From Eledone cirrhosa (lineage: Eukaryota), in assembly GCA_964016885.1 (NCBI GenBank), contig OZ024741.1, positions 150,908,001 through 150,972,000 on the forward strand: a stretch of 64,000 nucleotides of DNA, read 5' to 3'. Of this stretch, positions 53,043-64,000 are shown in pieces. Made by a program: the position numbers and the translations under genes. Under the pieces are notes generated by a model. That model was not told the origin of the DNA, did not search any database, and was given only the letters and a program-made list of their open reading frames with translations. Within the stretch, counting starts at the first letter, position 1, and every line of letters starts with the position of its first letter.

Positions 53043-53835
53043 TAGATGTATAGTATAAGAAAGCAGGAAGCTTCTTCGAATTTTTTGATTATCGAAAAAT
53101 AGTTTAAATAATAGGGCATATAAGCCACCTTAACGAGAAAAATACGCATTAGCACCCGCGGGGCTCAATCAACTACACGCCTTCATACTTGCAGAGAAGA
53201 AACCAATGTTCCCGTCATTAGACTATTTGCCGATGATAAAAGAAAGTGATGAAGTTTCCAATCCGCTCACAAATTTCACATTCCGCTCAACGTTTCTAAG
53301 CATACGTTCACATATATATATATGGCCTACTGGATACGCACGGGTTTTCTCCCCTTCTTTTTCCTAATTTTTCCTCGTTCATTTCTCTTATCACTCTTTA
53401 CTTTTTATTTATCATTTATTTATATCTCTATATTCTGATGAAGAACTGGTTCCAAAACATTAAGACTCTTTTCCTTCCATTTCAAGCATTAAACTAATAT
53501 ATTTCGTCCATGTGCTGTGTCGTTTGTTTTGCTATTTCTGACTACCTTTTATATACGTACATACATACAAACAAACACACACACGGAAACGCACACACAC
53601 ACGCACGCACGCACGCACGCACACACACACATACGCACACACACACGGACACGCACACACACACACACACACTCACACACACACAAACACATTCTGTCTG
53701 GAGTTGCGAACGACAGATAGTATTAACAATTGGAAAGACCTATGGAAACATTGTTTCCTCGGTCCGATTTGACAGACAACAGAAAGGAGTACACAATAAA
53801 GAAGTAGTGTTTAAATATTCATCTATTATGGCTAA

Positions 53836-53935
53836 GTAGTTACTCTGGAGTTTCACCTGTGCACAGGATCATCAGACGATCCTGTGAGTGTGTAGGTGAA
53901 ACTCCGGAGTTACACGGATCACTATTTATCCATCA
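53836..53935. mobile_element. Small fold-back hammerhead element (decayed relative at ~58650-58735)
   Basis: Minus 53839-53877 reads GU-CUGAUGA-U-CCUGUGCACAGG-U-GAAA-CUCCAGAG-UA-AC. The plus arm has ACUCCGGAGU. Confidence 0.65.
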
Positions 53936-53939
53936 TAAA

Positions 53940-54007
<68 letters not shown>

Positions 54008-54013
54008 TATATA

Positions 54014-54763
<750 letters not shown>

Positions 54764-54864
54764 CATATATACATATATATATATATATTTATTTTAGTCT
54801 TCAAATTTATTATTATTACTATATATATATATATATATATACATACATACATACACACACACAT

Positions 54865-54909
<45 letters not shown>

Positions 54910-54920
54910 TATATATATAT

Positions 54921-55017
54921 AATAATTGTTTCTACTTTAGGCACAAGGCCAGCAAATAACCAGTGCATTACTGGTACTTTATTTTATCGACCCCGTAAGG
55001 ATGAAAGGCAAAGTCAA
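54921..55017 (-). mobile_element. 5'-truncated SINE S1
   Basis: Tail and core only. Confidence 0.8.
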
Positions 55018-56274
55018 ATAATACTACTATTTATAGTTATGTATATAGTATAAACAATTATAAACAGAACGGTCAGTAATTTCTTATTACCTTATTACCA
55101 GTAAGAGAAATAGCTCAATATATATATATATTTCATCCACAAGGCATTGTTCTTCAATTAAAGACTATTGAATTGCCCAAGGTGGCAATCAGTGGGTGTG
55201 AGCACGCAATCATGTAGTTTCGAAGCGAGCTCTTTGATCATTCAGCCATGTCGGCATTTATATTTATACTTTTATTAGTTGTCATTATAATGCGAGAGGT
55301 AATAGTGATGGATGCGATGATGGTTGTTACATAAGTATATAATTACTTTTTGCAGACTTACAAACATATGAAATAGGAATATTTCACATAGTAGTGAGTC
55401 TAAAAGTAGAATGGATCCCCGCCAGTGTGGACGATGAGTGCTTTTGCCACTCGATGATCGGAACAACCTGCTGGTGAAACTAACACATGTCGAAGATGCC
55501 AGACACGGAGATCGAGTGATTACCAAGTGGATTCCTTAACCGTCCGATTATGTGGCCTTCACATCAGGCAAAAAATAATTATCGTTAAAATGCATTCCAC
55601 AGATATATGTACAAATATTAGCATGTGGCATAGTTGCACCATTGAATTACAGGTAGAGCCCATAGGACGTGCTTCAATACAATTTTGTTTACTCAGTTTC
55701 ACTCACAATGCATGAGTTGAACCGAGGGTGTGACAAATGAAACTTGTCCAAGATGCATTGCATTGGGATCTAACTGGAAATGTAATGGTTGACAATTCGG
55801 TCATGTTACATCCAAATTAGATTAAAATGCATGCTTTGTAGCCTTAAATAATCACAGGTACGCTTTCCTCTGTATACAAAATAGATGTGTGACGTAGGTA
55901 ATATTCATAAACGATGTGATATTTATTCTCTACAGGAAAGAAGGCTAAAATTTATATATTTATATATATTGTTAATAAAAAATATATCTGCAATCTTAAA
56001 TCTAGTCATATATATATATATATATATATACATATATATAGCCCTCTCACTAGACTCAAGATTGAGACGTTACAATTCCTAATACATACATACATACATA
56101 CATACATACATACATACATACATACATACATACATACATACATACATACATACATACATACATACATACACACACACACATATATATATATATACATATG
56201 TATATATATACATAAATATATATATATATATATATATATAGACATATATATATATAATATATATATATATACAC

Positions 56275-56357
<83 letters not shown>

Positions 56358-56371
56358 TATATGTCTGTCAT

Positions 56372-57250
56372 ATAGAGGTCTGTCAGAAAAGAAACAGGAC
56401 TTGTGTTGCCAGAAAAAAGATTCAAATGCAAATTACAGACTATATGTCTTGTCCTTCAAAATAATTGTTTATACTTTTGGCACAAGGCCACCAATTACCC
56501 AGTACGTTACTGGTACTTTATTTTATCGACCCCGTAAGGATGAAAGGCAAACTTAACCTTGGCGGGATTTGAACTCAGATCGTAAAGGGGCGTATCTACG
56601 CTGGAAAGCATGTCCGACCCTCTACCGATACTGCCAATTCACCACCCTTGTCCTTCAAAATAATACCTCCTCGAGTCTTACGCACTTTCCCATCCTTCTC
56701 TGCTACTTCTCCATGTAATCCTGGAAGAGTTCTCCCGGGGTTTTGTGCTGCTCCATCGCCACAACCGTCTCGATGGCTTCCACGTCCTAAAAACGAGTCC
56801 CATTGATGATTTTCTTGAGCTTGGGGAAAAGGAGACTCACTCCAGTAAATCTGGTTCGGTTTTGTGACGTTGAAGACCTTCCGCTCCTGGGGTCATCTTC
56901 TACGTCATCGCATCCCTCTTTGAAAATTTTGTGCCATTCGAAAGCCTATAAGTGCGACATCGTTTCATCTGCGTAAACCTGATGCAGTATTCTGAGTGCT
57001 CCTGACCGGTTTTCCCCAGCTGCACCAGAAACTATAGGCTGGTTCGGTACTATATGTCCATCGCTTGACAGCTGTTAAGAAAAGCACGTGCAAAAAAAAC
57101 AACAACATACAATGGCGGCAGAGAGCTGAGATCGAAGTTATATGCTCTCCGTATATTACATCATTCAGTGACGTAACCCACTAATCCCCAGCACATTCTT
57201 AACTCATACATACTAAGTTAAGTCCTGTTACTTTTCTGACATACCTAATA
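56372..57250 (-). mobile_element. Internally deleted mariner element with TIRs
   Basis: TIRs AGGT.TGTCAGAAAAG.AACAGGACTT at both ends. N-terminal LHQVYADETMS..FEWHKIFKEG..VEDDPRSGR and C-terminal LFPKLK..KCVRLE, with the catalytic core missing. Confidence 0.88.
56461..56647 (-). mobile_element. SINE S1 nested in mariner with 18-bp TSD
   Basis: CTTGTCCTTCAAAATAAT at 56448-56465 and 56647-56664. Confidence 0.9.
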
Positions 57251-57490
57251 TATATATGCATATAAATATTATTTACTTACATGCATATATACACATATAT
57301 ATATGTATATACACATACGCATATATATTTTTTATTTATATATAAATGTTAATTACAGCCCCACCACAATATATATATATATATTAATGTATATATATAT
57401 TATATACATATATATCTATATAATTATATACATATACACATGCATACATATATACATACATATATATTTGTATAGTTGTATCTTTTTATA

Positions 57491-57531
<41 letters not shown>

Positions 57532-57551
57532 CATGTATGCATATATATATG

Positions 57552-57603
<52 letters not shown>

Positions 57604-57654
57604 TTTTTTCATAAGAAGGTTTTCGCCTGGTTTGGTCATTTAAATATTCATAAT

Positions 57655-58540
57655 AGTATAGAATTAGAATTTAGCTTCGAACATAGCTATATACAAATAT
57701 GTATTTGAATTTCGTATTTCTAAAGAAGTACGGTATGTTTATAAATAAACATTTAGAAAGCCATAGCTATGAAAAATACTGGCAGCTAACGCCACCAAGC
57801 GGTGCTCGCAGAAGCAAGGGGGACAATCGTCGATGCATTTCGAACTCAACTGGTTCTCGTCAGGACCAACCATCCCGTTCTTGCAACTGCCGGACTTTGA
57901 AAACAGGCGAAAATATATAGTTTTTCACCTGTGTCAATGAGGTGATTAATCTTATTTGCATATGAAGCTGTATAAGTTGGCTAAACTTAATATAGAATAG
58001 AATTAGAATTTAGTTTTCAGCACAGCTGTATACAAATATGTATTTCAATTTCGTATTATTGAAGAAATACGGTATGTTTATAAATAAACATTTAGAAAGC
58101 CATATCTCTGAAAAACACTGGCATCTAACTCCACCAAGCGATGCACGGCAGAAGCAAGGGGGGCAATCGTCGATGCATTTCGAACTCAATTGGTTCTTGT
58201 CAGGATGATCCCTCCCGAAAACAGGCGAAAATATATAGTTATATTAAGTTTAGCCAACTTATACAGCTTCATATACAAATAAGATTAATCACCTCATTTA
58301 CACACGAAAAAACTATATATTTTCGCCGCTTTTCAAAGTCCGGCAGTTGCAAAGGCGGGAGGGATCGTCCTGACGAGGACCAGTTGAGTCAGAAATGCAT
58401 CAACGATTGTCCCCCTTGAAACTGCCTAGCATCGCTTGGTGGCGTTAGCTGCCAGTGTCTTTCATAGCTATGGCTTTCTAAATGTTTATTTATAAACATA
58501 CCGTACTTCTTCAGAAATACGAAATTTAAATACATATTGA
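57655..58540. mobile_element. Retrozyme-like 339-bp unit: tandem dimer (minus) joined to an inverted copy (plus)
   Basis: TAGAATTAGAATTTAG at 57659 and 57998. Hammerhead GUC-CUGACGA-GAAC..GUUC-GAAA-UGCA-UC-GAC at 57829-57866 (-), ~58168-58205 (-) and 58365-58406 (+). Confidence 0.88.
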
Positions 58541-58881
58541 TAATTGTAGTTTCTTACATTGACATGTCGCCTAATAAATGTATATGTCTCTCTCTTCCTC
58601 TCTCTCTCTCCCCCCTTTTTCTCTCTCTTATGACTAAATGATGAATCTTGTTTCTCTGGAATTTCACATGTCTACTCACCGAATCATCAGCCAGGTCACT
58701 GTTTCTGATGATCCTACACAGGTGAGACTGCACACTAATAAGATTCACCACTTAGTAATTATAAAGAATATTTAAAGATAGATAAAACACTAAACATACG
58801 TAATATATCCATATATACACACGTGTGTATATATATATATATATATAGATATATATATATATATATGTATACACACCCACC

Positions 58882-58918
<37 letters not shown>

Positions 58919-59567
58919 GTATATTCACACACATACGAGTACACGCATATATATGTCTGTGTGTATATATATATATATTATATATATGTGTGTGTGTGAG
59001 TGTGTGTATGTGTGCGTATACACATAAAACTGTACTGAGAATAGAGGGTTTTTAAAAAAATATTTCTTGACACTATACAATAGTGTTTTCGGTCAAACGA
59101 ACCTTTGAAGCACAAGGAATGTGATAATGGAAAAGAGTTTTGGTTTCAGAAAAACAAGATTGAAACTAAGGCAGAGTATATATAAAATAGATATTAGTTG
59201 ATTTCTTTTAGTTTCAGCATCGAATCACCTCGTACTAGAATTTCATTTCCGATATTATTTATAAACTGAAGCTGTACTTTTCTGACAAGTGACTTGATAA
59301 TATGTTTGTGGAAAAAGTATGTAAGGGTGCATAAACAAATATCACGGTTATATACATACATAAAAAATCGCACACACACACCCACACACACAAAGACACA
59401 CAAACACCCACACAGCCACCCACACACACATACATCCCACACATATATATCATTATCATCATCATCACCGTTTAACGTCAATTTGTCCAAGCATGGGTCA
59501 GACGATTTGTCCTGTGGGAAATGCCAGGTCAGGGGGACCATGTTTTGCTCATACAGAACTGATCTTA

Positions 59568-59640
<73 letters not shown>

Positions 59641-59645
<5 letters not shown>

Positions 59646-59834
59646 CGAAGGAAATGTGGTAAGGAACCAGGTGGACCATAACGCACCAAAGTACTCAATA
59701 CTTAGGGTAGTAGAGTGGGTAATAGGAACGAGTAGGACCCCGACGGCTGAGCTCAAGCCGTTTCGACAGCTAATTCTGAGACCAGAATTAGCCGTCGAAA
59801 CGGCTTGAGCTCAGCCGTCGGGGTCCTACTCGTT

Positions 59835-59838
<4 letters not shown>
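59641..59838 (-). mobile_element. Family X fold-back element
   Basis: Near-perfect palindrome at 59722-59838 plus tail. Confidence 0.85.
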
Positions 59839-59917
<79 letters not shown>

Positions 59918-60349
59918 CTCTCCTAATATCTATGTGTACGTTTCTGAGAGGATGAATTGTAGCAGCCATGACCATATTGCGCAGCGTACGACATCTGGTG
60001 GAGAGAAAATAAGAATAAAACACGGAACAAGTAGGTTACCGTCAAATTAGTAACCGAGAATGCATGTTTTAAACTGGGTGGACTCCTTTATTTGTACGTG
60101 ATGGAATGTGGTAATTTTTTAATTGAGCAACCGATTATGTCTACAACCTTTGGATATTTGAAGCCTTTTGACGAGTTTACACACATTTTCGTCTTCTGAA
60201 TTTCATTCACAAGGCGTAAACCAACTTCTGTGATTAAGGAATATGTCTCTCAACTATGTGTTACATTTACACTGCTTGGTTTCTTGTGTGAGTATTTCAT
60301 ACTTAAGCCTCAGGTATAGTAGAAGACACACACACACACTCTCTCTACG

Positions 60350-60453
60350 TTAGTTTTGCATTTCATCCTTATGGGGTCGATAAAATAAAGTACCAGTAAT
60401 GTACTGGGTAATTTGATGGCCTTGTGCCAAAAGTAGAAACAATTATTATTATT
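60350..60453 (+). mobile_element. 5'-truncated SINE S1
   Basis: Core, tail and (ATT)n. Confidence 0.8.
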
Positions 60454-60455
60454 AA

Positions 60456-61045
60456 CTAGCAGAAAAACCACCCTTCAGGTTGTTTTCTGCTAGCATGTGT
60501 AGTGTGTATATTGATATTATACGCAAGTATAATATGATACATCTAATATGATACATCTAATAAAACCATAATTGACAATATAAACAGAAATTGAACGAAG
60601 ACTGTGTTACACTGTCTTATGTAATCAGTAACGTAATCCATGATACATTTTAAAAAAGACGATATTATATATAAACTGCATTAGGAGAAAATTAGTGACA
60701 GAAAATTAATATGTTTATTTAAGCGATCGCCACCGGAAGTGTTGACATTTGAAAATTTTAAAGAAGTGAATCTTTAAATAAATAATAAAATATATTTAAT
60801 GAACAGCCACGAAATTTAGTAGATAAATTATGTAATATTCATTCATTATTTATTCAAAGTAATCCAACTTATTTTACTAAGAGGATAACAAATTATAAAC
60901 CGTACGCACTCCCGCGCTTCTTACATTATTATAGTTTAAATGATGATTTTTATTTGTTATAGAAATTGAACAAGCACAATAATATCTACATTTTTCTTTA
61001 TTTAAGTATAAAGTACTAAATTGAATAACGGTTTTACTAGTAAGA
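60456..61045 (-). mobile_element. Possible non-autonomous Helitron
   Basis: The minus strand begins TCTTACTAGTAAAAC and ends in a hairpin and CTAG, flanked by A and T. Confidence 0.5.
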
Positions 61046-61175
61046 TCTCATCTCATCTCCCTCTATCTGTCTTTCTCTCCCGATCGCTCCTTCCACACCT
61101 CCTTCCCTCGCCATCTCCCTCTCCTTCTTTCTCTCTCTTTCTCTCACTCTCTCTCTCTATATATATAAATATTAC

Positions 61176-61258
<83 letters not shown>

Positions 61259-61259
<1 letters not shown>

Positions 61260-61386
61260 ATAACAAAGGAAATGTGGTAAAGAACCAGATTGACCATAAC
61301 GCACCAGAGTACTCAATACTTAGGGCAGTAGAGTGGGATATAGGAAAAAGTATCACCCCGTCAGCAGAGCTCAAGCCGTTTCGACG

Positions 61387-61387
<1 letters not shown>
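61259..61387 (-). mobile_element. Family X, single arm
   Basis: Tail plus GTCGAAACGGC arm without fold-back. Confidence 0.8.
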
Positions 61388-61463
<76 letters not shown>

Positions 61464-62328
61464 TTATATTACATATATGCATACATATGTGAAATGTGGA
61501 GAAATGAATGAAACGATGATAGGACAATATTGAACACTGCTGATCATAATAAGTTATCAATCATCTATATTGAAATTTTATGTCCTGTCTCGTATTTAAA
61601 ACGAAATCTTTCTCCGTGTAAATGAGGAATAATATTGCAGTAGATAGGTAATTAATCTATCATCAACACACCAATGAAAAATTCCCATAAGATATCGTTT
61701 CATAAACTCCTCGCTAAACTGGAGAATAAAACATCGCCCGTTGCAATTATTAACGTATATAAATGCATTTATATGGTCATTATATCTGAACACCCAAGCG
61801 TACACACTCACTCACATATATGTGTATATATATGTTATATATATATATGTATACAAATATATATTCATATATACGTTATATACATATGTATATATATGTA
61901 TATATAGAGAGAAAGATATATGTATATATATATAGAAAGATATATGTATATATATAGAAAGATATATGTATATATATATATATATATATAGATAGATATA
62001 AGTATATATGTATATACATACACACACGCACACACAAATATATATATATATTTATATGTTAAATATTTCGTATGTGTTGTTGAAAAGAATTTGGCATAAG
62101 GAGAGAATCAATATTTAGCAATCAGCAGAACCTGTCAAATTTATGTTGTAATATAATGTGTGAAATACGAATGATATTAACGTTTGACATCGTTTTCCTG
62201 AAACAATTCAAACCTTTCCTTCCGAGTAACTCTCCTGAGAAGAAATCGTAAAAATTTATCAATGATTTAAATATATATATATATGCACGAATAAACACAT
62301 TCGCATATATATATATATATATATATAT

Positions 62329-62502
62329 ATAGGAACGAGTAGGACCCCGACGGCTGAGCTCAAGCCGTTTCGACGGCTAATTCTGGACTAACCCCGACGG
62401 CTGAGCTCAAGCCGTTTCGACGGTTAATTCTGGACTAATTCTAGTCCAGAATTAGCCGTCGAAACGATATGGTCCATCTGGTTCCTTACCACATTTCCTT
62501 CG

Positions 62503-62552
<50 letters not shown>

Positions 62553-62593
62553 CGAAGGAAATGTGGTAATATATATATCTATATATATATCTA

Positions 62594-62634
<41 letters not shown>

Positions 62635-62791
62635 ATATAACGAAGGAAATGTGGTAAGGAACCAGATGGACCATACCGCACCAAAGTACTCAATACTTAG
62701 GGTAGTAGAGTGGGTAATAGGAACAAGTATGACCCCAGAATTAGCCGTCGAAAAGGCTTGAGCTCTGCCGTCGGGGTCATATTTGTTCCTA
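62329..62791. mobile_element. Cluster of rearranged family X copies
   Basis: 62329-62505, 62549-62569 and 62637-62791, separated by (TA)n. Confidence 0.8.
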
Positions 62792-62819
62792 TATATATAT
62801 ATCTATATATATATATATG

Positions 62820-63030
62820 TCCCAAGGCTATGATACCATCAACACCATAAACACAGAGCTGGCATATCTAAAACTGACTAACTGCCTGATGAGGTCATAG
62901 CCATTCAGTGGCTATCATCGAAATATATATATATATGTTAGGTATAAAGTGAAGCTGTATCAGCCATATAGTTGGCACTATTCGAGTTGTTTGAGGCAAT
63001 CACAAAGAACTCAATGAAGCGAGAGTTTAA
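62820..63030 (+). mobile_element. Short element with hammerhead of the 32880 family (62881-62940)
   Basis: ACUGC-CUGAUGA-GGU.AUAGCCA..UGGCUAU.AUC-GAAA-(UA)n. The 3' strand of stem I is lost. Confidence 0.7.
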
Positions 63031-63051
63031 TATATACATACACACACAAAC

Positions 63052-63102
<51 letters not shown>

Positions 63103-63104
<2 letters not shown>

Positions 63105-63290
63105 ATGGTTTCTACTTTTGACACAAGGCCAGCAATTATCCAGTATATTACTGATACTTTATTTTATCGTACCCCCAAGGATGAAAGGCAAAGTTAACCC
63201 CGGCGGGATTTGAACTCAGCCCGTAAAGGGATGTAACTCTATGCTAGAAAGCATGACGTCCGAGTCTCTACCGATACGGCCAATCCACAT
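63103..63290 (-). mobile_element. SINE S1
   Basis: Homology to 22898-23084. Confidence 0.85.
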
Positions 63291-63554
63291 AATAATAAAA
63301 TGTAGTTTACTTGAAGCATTGTGCATAATATATAACGTTGAAAGCGATAAACAATGCAAAATGAACTGTAAGAGGTAGCGAAAAGTAAGTTTCCTGGTAA
63401 TCTTTGTATTGTTTATCTTTGTTCTTTTTTTCTGTCCAATATTTAGGGACCTAAGGTCCCTTCTTCAGGGTTTAAGGAACTTTCCAATTCCCTCTCTTTG
63501 GGATTAAATTTTGATTTTGATTTACATTTTTCTATGGTACAGTATATGGAAGGA

Positions 63555-63843
63555 ATATATTAGTTTAACGCTTGAAATAGCAGGAAGAGAGTCTTAACGT
63601 TTCGAACGCTAGTCCTTCATCAGAAGAAAGAATATATATATACACACACGCGCGCGCGCTGAAATATGCGTGCTTTTACTCCTCCACCCAAAAAAGAAAA
63701 ATACTTTCAAATTCCTTCTCATTATCTATCTTTCTATTTCTTCTTTTAGTTCCCATCCAATCTTCTGATGAAGGACTAGTGTCCGAAACATTAAAACTTT
63801 TCCCTATTAATATGCCTTTACATTGTATATTATCGTTTGCTTA
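63555..63843. mobile_element. Two inverted copies of the 38019 minimal-hammerhead family
   Basis: Hammerheads at 63592-63627 (-) and 63761-63796 (+). Confidence 0.75.
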
Positions 63844-64000
63844 TATATATAATGTAATGAGTAGGAATGTAAAACGCGTGTCATAACTGAATAATGAATA
63901 AGGGTAATGGTGATACTGTGACACCTCGATCCTACTCATTATTATTATTAACACTCCGCTTATAATGATCACTGACCATAGTATAACACCAAATGTACAA

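Noticed and set aside
62329-62470. Repeated palindromic units resembling a CRISPR array
   Set aside because: No unique spacers or cas genes; these are rearranged family X arms in eukaryotic DNA.

Overview
AT-rich, microsatellite-dense eukaryotic genomic DNA with no recognisable host protein-coding gene. An invertebrate, probably cephalopod/octopus-like origin is my inference from the SINE and microsatellite content. The window is almost entirely mobile DNA, sorted by microsatellite niche. (1) Four same-strand R4/Dong-type RLE non-LTR retrotransposon fragments sit in (AAT)n at 3.1-9.0 kb, with two more remnants near 39 and 41 kb. (2) Five Penelope-like element (PLE) insertions are present, four of them flanked by (TA)n: four Hydra-like (GGLYRDD RT, CxCx5C linker, C-terminal GIY-YIG; near full-length at 16.0-20.9 kb) and one Neptune-like. 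(3) There are many short (TA)n-associated fold-back or tandem non-coding elements. (4) tRNA-derived SINEs, mariner remnants, a pogo-like MITE, Helitron-like inserts, and CR1 and Tx1 remnants make up the rest. The main discovery, from manual folding, is about 16 distinct sequence families of type I hammerhead ribozyme motifs (roughly 30 copies) in PLE pseudo-LTRs and in the short elements. They include motifs with a conserved 77-82 nt stem II extension, variant catalytic cores, and family-specific palindromic stem III sequences. All structures were folded by eye; none is computationally or experimentally validated.
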